In this document: in pieces, positions 10,221 through 20,441 of the stretch
Layout: each line of letters starts with the position of its first letter
How positions within the stretch are numbered: the first letter of the stretch is position 1
DNA from: Spirochaetia bacterium
GTDB lineage: Bacteria; Spirochaetota; Spirochaetia; SP-2023
Reading direction: 5' to 3'
Length of the DNA: 64,000 nt
Assembly (NCBI GenBank): GCA_965225855.1
Contig: CBDDCK010000005.1
Location: 1,024,001-1,088,000, forward strand
Notes under the pieces: generated by a model
What the model was told of the DNA's origin: nothing
The model's input: the letters and a program-made list of their open reading frames with translations, nothing else
Databases searched by the model: none
Translations under genes and position numbers: made by a program

Positions 10221-10946
10221 ATGCTATTAGAGGTCAAAGATGTACGCAAAAGCTATACTATCTCTAAGGGTATTTTCAAAAAAAGCCACCAAGAGGTTTT
10301 AAAAGGGGTCTCTTTTGGTATCAAAGCGGGAGAGTGTTTGGGGCTTATTGGCGAATCAGGCAGTGGCAAAAGTACCTTAGGCAGATTGATTTTAGGGCTT
10401 GAAAAGCCAGATAGTGGCGAAATTTATTTCGCCGAAAAATCGATGAGCATTGTGTTTCAAGATTATGTCTCCAGTGTCAATGCCCGATTGAAAGTACGGG
10501 ATATTATCGCTGAACCTCTTTTGCCAAAGCGTTTAAGCAAAAATCAAATGCACACAGAAATTGTAAATTTACTTGAAAAAGTAGGTATGGACGAAAAATT
10601 TATCAATCGATTTCCTCACGAACTAAGCGGGGGACAATTACAACGGGTTTGCATCGCCAAAGCCATTGCGAACAGACCGCAATTTTTGGTCTTAGATGAG
10701 GCGGTGAGTTCTTTGGATATGGCAGTACAGGTGCAGGTTTTGGATTTGCTTTTGGAGCTCAAACAAAGCGAAAAATTATTGTACCTATTCATTACCCACG
10801 ATATTTTAGCTTGTACTTATATTTGTGATAGAATACTCTTTTTCAAAGATGGAGAGGTTTTGGAGCGGGTAGATGATATGCAAAAATTAAATGGGGTTAA
10901 AAGCCCTTATGCCAAACAATTATTAGGAGTATGTGATGACTTATAG
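10221..10946 (+). CDS. nikE: ABC transporter ATP-binding protein (NikE/CntF family)
   Basis: GESGSGKST, FPHELSGGQLQR, LDEAVSSLD, FITHD. Confidence 0.88.
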   Translation: MLLEVKDVRKSYTISKGIFKKSHQEVLKGVSFGIKAGECLGLIGESGSGKSTLGRLILGLEKPDSGEIYFAEKSMSIVFQDYVSSVNARLKVRDIIAEPLLPKRLSKNQMHTEIVNLLEKVGMDEKFINRFPHELSGGQLQRVCIAKAIANRPQFLVLDEAVSSLDMAVQVQVLDLLLELKQSEKLLYLFITHDILACTYICDRILFFKDGEVLERVDDMQKLNGVKSPYAKQLLGVCDDL

Positions 10947-12255
10947 GGCGTATTTTGCTATTGCCATTCCTTTTGTGGTTTCGACGGTTACGCAACCTTT
11001 TTTGGGGGCTGTGGATACAGCCGTTTTGGGGCATCTCGATGATGCTGTATTTATGGGTGGCGTTGCCATTGGTGCTGTTATTTTTAATACCTTGTACTGG
11101 CTTTTGGGCTTTTTACGGGTGAGCACTTCAGGATTTGCCGCACAATCGTTGGGGACTATGAAGCCCGAAGATGCCTTTTATGCTTTTTTGCGGCCTGCCT
11201 TGATTGCCATACTTTTGAGTTTGGCTTTTGTGATTTTGCAAGTACCGATTGAATTGGGGGCACAAACCGTTTTTAGTGCGGATATGCAAGTGTGGCATTG
11301 GGCTGAGACTTACTATGATATTTTGATTTGGGGTGCGCCTTTTGTGCTTATAGGCTATGTCAATTTGGGTTGGCTGATGGGCAGGAAGCTCATTCGCGAA
11401 ACGCTCATTTTACAAATATCTATGAATGTTTTGAACATTGTTTTAGACATTGTGCTGGTGGTCTATTTTGGTATGGGTGTCGAAGGTGTCGCCTATGCGA
11501 CTCTGTTTTCACAGGGTTTTGGGTTATTGCTTGGGTTGTACTTTATGGGTAAGCATTTGAATTTCATCAAAGATTTTCAAAAATATAATCACATTTTTGA
11601 AAGAAGTGCCTTCAAAAAAATTATGGGGGCAAATACAAATCTACTCATTAGAACAGTATGTTTGCTTTTAATGACCAATCTTTTTGTAGCCAAAGGGAGT
11701 AGTATGGGCAAAGAGATTTTAGCAGCGAATGCTATTTTGTTTCAATTGCAGTACATTATCGCTTATCTATACGATGGTTTGGCGAATGCTTCGAGTGTCT
11801 TTGCGGGTAAGGCCGTCGGTGAGAAAAGTTTGGATAATTATAATCAAACCCTTAAAATCTCTAATGTCTGTGCTTGGGGTTTGAATATCGTTTGCTTTGG
11901 GATTTTTTATTTTTTCTCAAGCGAATTAATTGCTGTTTTCACAGATATTCAAGCGGTTGTCGATGTTGCACTCAATTATAGTTTTTGGCTTTTGGCTTTC
12001 ATTATGGTTATAGGACACGGGTTGGTCTATGCGGGATTATATAATGGGGTGGTTTTGACAAGCCCTATTCGCGATGCGATGCTTATCTCTTTTGGGGTGT
12101 TTTTATTGGTCTATTATTTGGCGATACCTCTTTGGCAAAATCATGGACTCTGGTTGGCTTTTGTACTATTTAGCCTTAGCCGAACAATAATGTTATTGTT
12201 TTATCTAAAGCAAATAGAAATAAACATTTCTAAGAACGGAGCTTGTATATCGTAA
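10933..12255 (+). CDS. MATE family efflux transporter (DinF-like)
   Basis: PFLGAVDTAVLGHL, GFLRVSTSGFAAQ, NIVLDIVLV then GVEGVAYAT; about 12 hydrophobic segments; overlaps the nikE stop. Confidence 0.88.
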   Translation: MMTYRAYFAIAIPFVVSTVTQPFLGAVDTAVLGHLDDAVFMGGVAIGAVIFNTLYWLLGFLRVSTSGFAAQSLGTMKPEDAFYAFLRPALIAILLSLAFVILQVPIELGAQTVFSADMQVWHWAETYYDILIWGAPFVLIGYVNLGWLMGRKLIRETLILQISMNVLNIVLDIVLVVYFGMGVEGVAYATLFSQGFGLLLGLYFMGKHLNFIKDFQKYNHIFERSAFKKIMGANTNLLIRTVCLLLMTNLFVAKGSSMGKEILAANAILFQLQYIIAYLYDGLANASSVFAGKAVGEKSLDNYNQTLKISNVCAWGLNIVCFGIFYFFSSELIAVFTDIQAVVDVALNYSFWLLAFIMVIGHGLVYAGLYNGVVLTSPIRDAMLISFGVFLLVYYLAIPLWQNHGLWLAFVLFSLSRTIMLLFYLKQIEINISKNGACIS

Positions 12256-12632
12256 ACGACTTTGTCTAAGCCAACATATTCGGCAATGCTTGCCTTAAAG
12301 CTACTTTTCAAACCTTTATTTGTTCTAATTTGCCCCGCTAATCCCATAAATTCTTTAGCTAAGACTTCTGGGGTTGTAATGTTTTCGCCTAGCCATTCTT
12401 GTAGTTCACTTTTGAATAGTCCTGCTTTTGGTTGTTTGGTTAATAATTCTTTTATGTTTTGCTAAAGAGCTATCTACATTTTGGTTTTGTGTACCAGAAT
12501 TGTTAGTAATTTTATTCATCAAGCTATTTTTACTAAAAAAAGGCAGCCAATTATCATTTTGTCTTCCGTAAATTTTATCGTTGTTTTCTAAAAACTTTTG
12601 ATATTTTGCTTCATCGGTTTTGTTATATTCAA

Positions 12633-13003
12633 TGGGTCTAGACAAGATTAGAGAGGATTTTTGTCGCAGAATTTTTAACAAAACTTGGTATAAATCTGCG
12701 TCTTTGTGATTCCATCTAAACTCACACTCTTTCAAATGTAGATGAAAGGTTTCATCGCTTAGCCCGTTAAACTTGGCCAAACGTTCCAGAACGATTCTAT
12801 TCCGTTTAGCTGTAAATCGTCTAACCTTCTAAAACTTTGCCCTCTATTATCGGCAATAATTCTGCCTTACTACATTTATTTACGATATTTACATGAACTT
12901 TTCCTTCCCTTTTTAACAATCCAAATACAGGCGTCTTCCCCGCTGCGCCCCGACCCTTTTTACCACGAACCCTACGGGCACCAAAATAAGATTCATCTAC
13001 CTC
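12633..13003 (-). mobile_element. IS1595-family remnant (3' part of transposase plus right end)
   Basis: Minus strand reads EVDESYFGARRVRGKKGRGAAGKTPVFGLLKREGKVHVNIVNKCSKAELLPIIEGKVLEG*, then AKFNGLSDETFHLHLKECEFRWNH and LYQVLLKILRQ. IR GGGTCTAGACAAGATTAG at 12633. Confidence 0.85.
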
Positions 13004-13208
13004 TACTTACATGAGTCAACGCAGCAGTTTAGATTTTCTGCCCAAAGAGTTGCAAGAATTGATACAGCGACTTTGGGGCGAAGGGGCTACTATTACAAGG
13101 GTATTTTTGGCATAGATGCAACGCAAGCAATTTTAGATGTACTTAGTGAGATAAAAAGTAGGCAAAAATGTTCGGTAGCTTATCCGCTAGCGATAAACAA
13201 GCGCAATA

Positions 13209-13437
13209 GATCAAGGCCTTGATCCAAGGCGGAAAGCTGTATTATAGCAAGGCCGATCAATAGATTGATCCAAGGCGGAAAGCTATATTATAGCAAGGCC
13301 GATCAATAGATTGATCGAATGCGGAAAGTTATATTATAGCAAGTTGGATCAAGGCCTTGATCCAGTGCGGAAAGTTATATTATAGCAAGGTGGATCAAGA
13401 CCTTGATCCAAGGCGGAAAGCTATATTATAGCAAGGC
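13209..13437. repeat. 46-bp palindromic tandem repeat x5 (copy A)
   Basis: Units start at 13209, 13255, 13301, 13347 and 13393. Consensus GATCAAGGCCTTGATCCAAkGCGGAAAGCTrTATTATAGCAAGGCC. Confidence 0.9.
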
Positions 13438-13505
13438 ACTAACAACCATAAAAAAGCCAGCCATATAGATAAAGCTGGCTTGATATAATATAGCTTTATA
13501 GCCTA

Positions 13506-14231
13506 TTATGTTACGCTAAATTGTAGTGAAAGTAAGGCTTGCTTTTCTTTGGTAGATTGGATGCTTCCAGAGTAATAGGTCTTTAAGATAACGCTATATT
13601 CGCCCGCTGCAATATCGGGAAAGATAAATTGAAGTTCCTTAGGTAGATTGGTAGAAAAGCTGTTTATTAAGACTGTATTGCCAGTAGTTACGTGGCTTAG
13701 CTCCAGCCCTGCGTTGGTGCCGGCTACTTTTAGATTTTCTCCATTTAATATAATCAGTTGGTTTTGTTGTACCGCTAGCTTTTTGTTATCATTCCAGTTG
13801 GTATTGGTGCTAAAGTTCTTGGCATTGGTAAGGCTGGCATTAAACTTAGGCTTAGGTTCAGCGTTGACCTTAACGGCTTGTGCATAGTCTTGCCAATCGC
13901 GTTCTAATCGGGCGTGAATATTTACTTCGTTGCGTCCTTTTTTAAAGGTATCATTCAAGCTATCAAAACTGCCGGTAATAGAAAAATAGGTTTCAAAAAA
14001 GCCGTTGCTATGGGCTTGGCCTTTGGCGGTAAGTTCCTTGCCAACCTTTTTTATGCGGCTACTTAAAGCAATAAAGCTGGCTTTTTCTTCCTCGCTAAAA
14101 TTGGCTTGCTCCATAATGTCTTCTAAACTTTGGTATACCACCTCGCCGGGGCGCGCATAAAAGCTATCACGTCCTCCTATTTTGCTTGGGGCGATATAAA
14201 CATTCAAAATATCATCGCTAATTTTGGGCAT
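13506..14231 (-). CDS. HU-like DNA-binding domain protein with C-terminal Ig-like DUF4469 domain
   Basis: AGGAG precedes ATG at 14231. N-terminal YAR..SLEDI..FSITGSF and C-terminal IILNGENLKVAG..N.PKELQFIFP..GEYSVILKTYYSG resemble the Bacteroidetes/Treponema family. Confidence 0.6.
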   Translation of the reverse strand: MPKISDDILNVYIAPSKIGGRDSFYARPGEVVYQSLEDIMEQANFSEEEKASFIALSSRIKKVGKELTAKGQAHSNGFFETYFSITGSFDSLNDTFKKGRNEVNIHARLERDWQDYAQAVKVNAEPKPKFNASLTNAKNFSTNTNWNDNKKLAVQQNQLIILNGENLKVAGTNAGLELSHVTTGNTVLINSFSTNLPKELQFIFPDIAAGEYSVILKTYYSGSIQSTKEKQALLSLQFSVT

Positions 14232-14685
14232 TGGCTGGCTCCTATACCATAAAGTTGTAGATGTTGCTACCATATCATGGCTAACCATATTATGGCTATT
14301 GGGGCAGCGAATGGCAACCGTTTATCGCTGAAAACCGAATATAATGCAAGTTTCTATTATTTGTAATTGGTACATCAAGCCAATATAGCCAAAACTATTG
14401 ATCATTGCATGGAAACAACCAAAGGCTGAAACAGCCAAAGGCCCAAATACAAACAAAGGCCAACACCCTCAAGCCTTTTGATTGGCATGGATTTTGAACC
14501 ACCTTACAACACAAAACAACACTAACACACAAAAAAAGTGCCAACACAAAACAACACTAAACATAAAAAAACTTGTAAAAAAGCTTATATGGGCCTTGAC
14601 GCAACACCCCCCCTAGCAAAATAGGGATTTACAGACTAGCCCGTATGGGTTAGCCAATCTTTATCCCTTGTTGGAGGTATTGCTT

Positions 14686-16515
14686 ATGTATAAGCTCAAA
14701 CTATTTTTATGGCCTGTAGCACTGCTACTGGCCTTTATGGCCTTGGCCTGCGCCCCACCCGATGACGATGATGGGCCATCTTCTGGGCCGACTATCAATA
14801 ACGCCATCTACGACTTTGCTACGGCACTGTTAACCGTACAAGGCACTAACTTAAGTCCTACAGAAGCGCAAATCCAAACCATCGTGGTAGATGGCCTAGC
14901 CTTCAGTTCCTATTCTGCAGATGCTAAACCCACTGGGCCAGATAGTAGCGGTCTTGCAGAAGGTAAGTACCGCCTGAAAACCGATGGCACAGAGCTTTGG
15001 CTTAGACTTACCGATGACGATAAAACTACTCTTGAGTCCAAGGTGGGTAGCAATGGTCTAAAAAAAGGGTTGCTTACTAGCACTGGTAGTTGGGCGGGTT
15101 TAGATACAGCCAAAGACTTAACCTATATACCCGATAAGCCATCTAAGCAAGCCGAACAAACCGAACAAGCTGAAGAAGAGTCGCCTAAGCAACCTAAAGA
15201 CGAACAAGCCGAACAAACCGAACAAGCTGAACAAGCCGAACAAACCGAACAAGCTGAACAAGCTGAACAAGCTGAACAAGCCGAACAAGCCGAACAAGCC
15301 GAACAAACCGAACAAGCTGAACAAGCTGAACAAGCTGAACAAGCCGAACAAGCCGAACAAGCCGAACAAACCGAACAAGCTGAACAAGCTGAACAAGCTG
15401 AACAAGCCGAACAAGCCGAACAAGCCGCAATTACCGGTGCAAGCTACCATGTTGGCACGGCGCTGTTAACTTTACAAGGTTCTAACTTAAGTCCTACAAC
15501 TGCGACCCAAGCCCAAATCCAAACTATCAGGGTAGCTGGCTTAGCCTTCAGTGCCTATAATGCAGATGGCACAGCCACTGGGGCAGATAGTCGTGGTCTT
15601 GCAAAAGGTAAGTACCGTATGAAAAGCGATGGCACAGCGCTTTGGCTTTACCTTACCGATCAACATAAAGCTGCTCTGAATGGCAAGACAGGTATGGATA
15701 GCAATGGTCTAAAAGATGGGTTGCTTACTGGTGCTTGGGCGGGTTTAAATACAGCCAAAGGCTTGGCCGTTAGTGGAAACCCCGCAATTACCCGTGCAAG
15801 CTACAATTTTGCTACAGGCGTGTTAGTGATTACAGGTGTCAATTTACCGTCAACAGTGAATCGCTGGGACTTCAGCAAATTGAGGTTTGTCGCAGGTAAT
15901 GGTGAGAAGAGTAAACCATTATTACCGCACGACCCAGCTTCAACTAGACACTTTGCCAAAGGTTCTCGTGCAAGTGCAACAAGCTTAACGATTACTTTAA
16001 AGGGTACTGAATACGATAAAGCCATAGATATATTGGTTAAGAATGGTGAAAGTGATGATGATGGTGCATACAACCTGGAAGCAGCAGCAGGATTTGCAGG
16101 TGGTAGGGCAGAAGACACAAGCAATAACCCTATTACCGTTAGTGGGTATGTAACCAAACTCACCTTAGTAGTCTACTTTGTTAATAGAGGCGTGTTAGTG
16201 ATTACAGGTAATAATTTACCGTCAACATTTGCAGAGTGGGACTTTAGCAAATTGACGCTTGTATCCGGTGATGGTAAGAAGAAATACACATTACCCCGGC
16301 ACTCAACTTTAGGCGAAAACAGAGCCACAGGTTCTTTTGCAAGTGCAACAAGCTTAAATATTACTTTAAGCGGTAGTGTAAAAGCGGAAGTCAATAAGAT
16401 ACTGGTTAAGGTTGGTTTTAATGATGATAATGGTGCATACAACCTTGAAGCAGCAGCAGGATTTGTACTTGGTAGTCCAGAAGACTTAACAACTATAGTT
16501 GGGAAAAGTTTGTAA
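14686..16515 (+). CDS. Surface lipoprotein with repeated Ig-like/adhesin-type domains and an (EQA/EQT)n linker (paralog 2)
   Basis: GGAGGT RBS; lipobox-like FMALA-C; same domain order as 3600..5405; the upstream ~200 bp is also duplicated. Confidence 0.8.
   Translation: MYKLKLFLWPVALLLAFMALACAPPDDDDGPSSGPTINNAIYDFATALLTVQGTNLSPTEAQIQTIVVDGLAFSSYSADAKPTGPDSSGLAEGKYRLKTDGTELWLRLTDDDKTTLESKVGSNGLKKGLLTSTGSWAGLDTAKDLTYIPDKPSKQAEQTEQAEEESPKQPKDEQAEQTEQAEQAEQTEQAEQAEQAEQAEQAEQAEQTEQAEQAEQAEQAEQAEQAEQTEQAEQAEQAEQAEQAEQAAITGASYHVGTALLTLQGSNLSPTTATQAQIQTIRVAGLAFSAYNADGTATGADSRGLAKGKYRMKSDGTALWLYLTDQHKAALNGKTGMDSNGLKDGLLTGAWAGLNTAKGLAVSGNPAITRASYNFATGVLVITGVNLPSTVNRWDFSKLRFVAGNGEKSKPLLPHDPASTRHFAKGSRASATSLTITLKGTEYDKAIDILVKNGESDDDGAYNLEAAAGFAGGRAEDTSNNPITVSGYVTKLTLVVYFVNRGVLVITGNNLPSTFAEWDFSKLTLVSGDGKKKYTLPRHSTLGENRATGSFASATSLNITLSGSVKAEVNKILVKVGFNDDNGAYNLEAAAGFVLGSPEDLTTIVGKSL
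15202..15426 (+). repeat. 9-bp coding VNTR (GAACAAGCY/GAACAAACC) x25 with 63-bp higher-order period
   Basis: Encodes (EQA/EQT)25. EQT units recur at 15238, 15301 and 15364. Confidence 0.92.
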
Positions 16516-16660
16516 AAGTTTGTACTAGGGTGTTGTTGCTGTAAGCAATGCTTGGTTGTTTCAGCCTTGGTAAATACGGGAAGCCAATATAGCCAAAGGC
16601 TGGAACAACCAAGCTAAAAAGAACAAAAAGTTTGGAAGCCGAATTACAGGCTTTAGACGG

Positions 16661-16758
16661 CTAGCAGCGGTGCTGTAAGGTGGTTATGAGTGCAGTACAG
16701 CACCGCTGCTAGAGTTTAGATAGTTACCCAGATTTGATAGTCTGGGTAACTATCTAAA
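16661..16758. terminator. Two adjacent long hairpins between convergent genes
   Basis: 17-bp stem at 16661-16677/16696-16712 and 18-bp stem at 16715-16732/16741-16758. Confidence 0.55.
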
Positions 16759-16945
16759 AAGTAAGTAAATTTGCACGCAATAGTCGTTTTATTGTTACAG
16801 TTGTGGCAAAAGGCTTTGGCCAAATCAATCGGCCATACATACCACAATAGCCGAAATGCCAAAGCACCAAAATATAAGAGCAGAAGTAAAACTACTAGAG
16901 GACTTGCTGCCAGCGCAGTGGAATATAGATAGTCGTTATGAATCG

Positions 16946-18323
16946 TTATGAATTGGTTGATTCAAAAGGGCAACCGGTTGCCCTTTTGAAATGTTGTACC
17001 GGCACAACATTTGGTGGCAAGAGAACAACAATTGCAAATTGTGTCAAGTGGTACTTCAAGTAGCTATTGGGTAAATACCCATTCTGGAAAGTAGAAAAAA
17101 ATCGAGTTATCACGTCCGATGGCACAAAGTTATCGCGTCCTGCATCAGTTTGCCTCTTATCAATCGTAAAATCATTTTGGAAAGAATATTCACTTACCAC
17201 CGCAATTTTACTGCGCTTCGCATAGTCCTGTTTTCTTGCATATGATTTACTAAGATTGTTCTGCTTAGCGCTAATTATACCATTTTTGATTATTGAGTTA
17301 TTTTGAAAATTTATAACTCTCTTTAAATTATTAAAAAATATATCGATTACCTTTTTTTCCGGTATAATCGTATTGAGATCGTTATTGGTTATCACATAAC
17401 CGGCCATTTCATATTTACCGCTTTCCACATCCAGTATTTTAGCCGTAGAAAAAATATACAGATACTTTCCAGCAGAATTCACGAATGCAGATATACTAAA
17501 TACAAAAATTTTATCTATACCCAGCAAACTGGCCAAAAAAATTTAGCTCATCTTCTCGAACATATGTTTGGGAAAATTCTTGTTCTTTAAATAGAGGGAC
17601 TATGCCATTACGTTCCATTATACGATAGCCAGTAGCAACTAAACCCGTATTAAGAAATTGGATAATATTATTGTTCTGCTTGCGTAAATTATCAGATAGC
17701 TGTATTTCAAGCCAGAGCAATTTTATTCTGCTTGGCAACTAAATTCTCAATTATAATTTTTGATTGGCCAGATTCCAAAGCTACCGTAAGTTCCTTTGTC
17801 TCTTTAATGGGATATGTTTTACGGATTTGTACAAAATAATTTTGTATTGCAGAAATTAGGCCCTTAAAAAATCACTATTTTTTACTAAAACGTCTTCTAC
17901 CACCAAATATTCACCCGTGGCTACATCAATTATTTTTCCCAGAAACTGGATGGTATAATCTTTAGAGCAATTGCGTTTAGCTTCATTTGCAATAGATAAA
18001 GTTCCTAAAAAGATTTACTCGACACCATTTAATTTTGCCAGCGCCGGAATATCTTCCTCTTTTACATAACTTTGCGAAAATTCTTGCTCTTATATCAGAG
18101 TCTTAAGCGCACTTCTTTCTTGAACTTGATAGCTAAGAGCCAATAATTCTGTACTAACAATATCGGTTAAATACGCACTCTTAATTTTTGGTAGAGAGCA
18201 CCCAGTACGATCATTTATTTTGAGCTTAGCAACAGCTATTTTATTTTGTTCTGGTACTAAACGACCTATAGGTTGATAAGCAAATAGATTCAATTGCAAA
18301 AAAGATAAACAGTAGAAATACAT
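16946..18323 (-). pseudogene. Fragmented exported protein with repeated CsgG/FlgO-like domains
   Basis: ORF pieces 18090..18323, 17511..17738 and 16946..17536 are joined across stops and frameshifts. The motif YxxxER..EQEFSQxYV..KIxDVxxG occurs twice. Confidence 0.55.
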
Positions 18324-18357
18324 GTATAGATAGAAATCTCATAACATTTTTCCTTGA

Positions 18358-18426
18358 TAAAAGAATTTGTATCAAATTTTACTAAAAATTCTGCGTCAAA
18401 ATCCTCTATAATCTTTATCCAGACCC
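18358..18426 (+). mobile_element. IS1595-family right-end remnant
   Basis: Encodes NLYQILLKILRQNPL*, the transposase C-terminus also seen at 12650-12700, followed by IR-like ATCTTTATCCAGACCC. Confidence 0.7.
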
Positions 18427-18440
18427 TAAACGATTTTTAA

Positions 18441-19229
18441 CTACCAAACTAATCGTACACGACCTTTATAACTACGGCCTCTTAGGGCTTGTTCTATATC
18501 GCGGTAAACATCTGCAAGGCGGCCGCAACCATAGTCGGCTAAGGCTCGTAGATAACGGCTGTTTACTTCATGGAAATAACTGCGGGTGCTGTCCATATCA
18601 TTTTCTTCCATAGAAACATTGGCCAAAGCAATCAACACTACATTGCGTTGTATTTCATCTAGTTCGTTATTAGGGCTACTACTGCGTGATAAGAAGCGTT
18701 TTCCCGCATATTGAATATCTTTGGTTAAATCTTCATAAGTGGTTGGCACAAACCAAGTAGAGCGAACATAGAGAAACAAAACGTCCAGATTATCTGGATA
18801 TTCCCGCAGCAATACATCTAAGTAGCGCAACCCCTTGCGGGTCGCATACTCTTTATCACGCAAATCGTTTTCTGTTTCAGCCAAACCCATATAGAACCAA
18901 CCGAGCATGGCTTCAAAAATAGCCAGTTCACGGCGGCCGGCCTCTGTTCGCACACGGGAACGGGCCTCATCGTAGACAGCTTCCATCGTTTCAATGGCAT
19001 TTTCAACACCATCGTCATCGCGGCGGCCAATCGAACGAATAAAAAACCCAAGTGCAGCCTTATAGCGTTCTGCTGACGAGCCAGTATTCAAGTCATGAAC
19101 CGAAGCTCGGCGGTCAAACTGCCAGCTTTCCGAACGGAAACGCTCTTGGGCGCGAAGTTCGGTAGGAAACTGGGTTATCGCTGATAACCACGCAACTATA
19201 GCTAAATAAGTTGTGAATTGAGTTTTCAT
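18441..19229 (-). CDS. Hypothetical exported helical protein
   Basis: GGAGG RBS; signal-peptide-like N-terminus; 262-aa ORF; no family recognised. Confidence 0.7.
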   Translation of the reverse strand: MKTQFTTYLAIVAWLSAITQFPTELRAQERFRSESWQFDRRASVHDLNTGSSAERYKAALGFFIRSIGRRDDDGVENAIETMEAVYDEARSRVRTEAGRRELAIFEAMLGWFYMGLAETENDLRDKEYATRKGLRYLDVLLREYPDNLDVLFLYVRSTWFVPTTYEDLTKDIQYAGKRFLSRSSSPNNELDEIQRNVVLIALANVSMEENDMDSTRSYFHEVNSRYLRALADYGCGRLADVYRDIEQALRGRSYKGRVRLVW

Positions 19230-19253
19230 GTTTACAGAACCTCCAATAAATTT

Positions 19254-20168
19254 TTACTGGGATAATTGCCATAAAAAAGCTAAGCCATTATTTTGCAAAT
19301 GGACTAACATGGCAAAAGCTAGGTTGCCCGTGCGCCAGCGAATCCAGCCTAAGTAAAAGGCCAAAGGTAATAAAGATATAATTTCGATGGGGCTGGCATG
19401 GGAAAAAGCAAAGATTAAACTGCTTATCACAAAGGCATTAAACGTTCCCCAGTACCTAGCTAGCAGGGCAAAACCTCTACCACGATATACCAGTTCTTCA
19501 AAAATAACTGGAAAGATAACTACTATTAAGAATACTTCTAAATTAGAATAATTGGCAAAAATTTGGCTAACTTCATCTATTTGAAATGTAGGTAAATTGG
19601 GAAACAAATGAGTTAATAACAAAATCAAAATATTGCTACAGAGGAGAAACAACATTCCCAAAATTAATGAGAGCCAAAACCAAAACAACGAGCTGCGTTT
19701 TTTGCCAAAAAATACCATTGGTTCACAACCAGGCTGACCAAAAAATGTACGGTTAGGAATAAAAAAATTTCCACATCGCATACGAATTTTAGATAAGGGT
19801 AGGCATGATTTTGGGGGGGCCTTATACCTATCTAAGAGCAAGCTCAATGCAAAACCAATAGGGGCGGCCAATAAAATGTCCCCTGATGCCAAAAATTGTT
19901 GCTGTGAGTGTTGCCCAAAATATTTCCATAATTGGAATAAGAAAATACTGATGAGTGGCCCTAGCAATAAAAAACATACAACACTTTGGAGCATATAAAT
20001 AAGTAAACTTTTACCCTTAGCGAGTTTAGAACATTTGCGATAATCGAGAACAGTTTGGCTCTCCGTTTTTTGTTGTTTTTGAGTAAGGCCTAAGTTTATG
20101 CTACATCGCTCATTCATTTGTTTAATAATCTCATATAGAAAGCATAGTTTTATCATAATGTTGTTCAA
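19254..20168 (-). CDS. CPBP/Abi (CAAX protease family) intramembrane glutamic endopeptidase
   Basis: PVIFEELVYRG, SSLIFAFSH, AMLVHLQNN motifs. The true start may be downstream of 20168. Confidence 0.85.
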   Translation of the reverse strand: MNNIMIKLCFLYEIIKQMNERCSINLGLTQKQQKTESQTVLDYRKCSKLAKGKSLLIYMLQSVVCFLLLGPLISIFLFQLWKYFGQHSQQQFLASGDILLAAPIGFALSLLLDRYKAPPKSCLPLSKIRMRCGNFFIPNRTFFGQPGCEPMVFFGKKRSSLFWFWLSLILGMLFLLCSNILILLLTHLFPNLPTFQIDEVSQIFANYSNLEVFLIVVIFPVIFEELVYRGRGFALLARYWGTFNAFVISSLIFAFSHASPIEIISLLPLAFYLGWIRWRTGNLAFAMLVHLQNNGLAFLWQLSQ

Positions 20169-20441
20169 TTCGTGTCAAATTCAGCCAGTGCCAAATAATT
20201 GAGAATGCACTTTGAAAATACCTAAATCAAAAAACGGTAGATTTTAAATAGATTTCTAAAATTATGGCAGCCTTTTTTGTAGATAGTTCTTTTAAAAAGT
20301 GAAACTATCCAATCGTAAAGTTACAAAATATTGTAGCCAATATTCAAATTAGACATAATGTTTTAGTGGCGACACTATTTCCGTATTCTGTCAAGTTTCG
20401 CTATTATGCTCCCACTTAATATTTGTAATTTAGGAGAGACT

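Noticed and set aside
12406..12780. 124-aa ORF as an intact gene
   Set aside because: It is a chimera of the IS1595 transposase C-terminus reading through the IR into an unrelated gene fragment.
5416..12868. 46-bp direct repeat as attL/attR of an integrative island
   Set aside because: The repeats are internal IS1595 transposase sequence, and no integrase or tRNA target is present.
13209..13437. 46-bp repeats as a second CRISPR array
   Set aside because: The units are contiguous with no unique spacers; reported instead as a palindromic tandem element.
15118..15450. Antisense ORFs with (LFG/LFS)n and (LVR/LVQ)n, and the similar 4066..4344
   Set aside because: Alternative frames of the coding tandem repeats within the lipoprotein genes.
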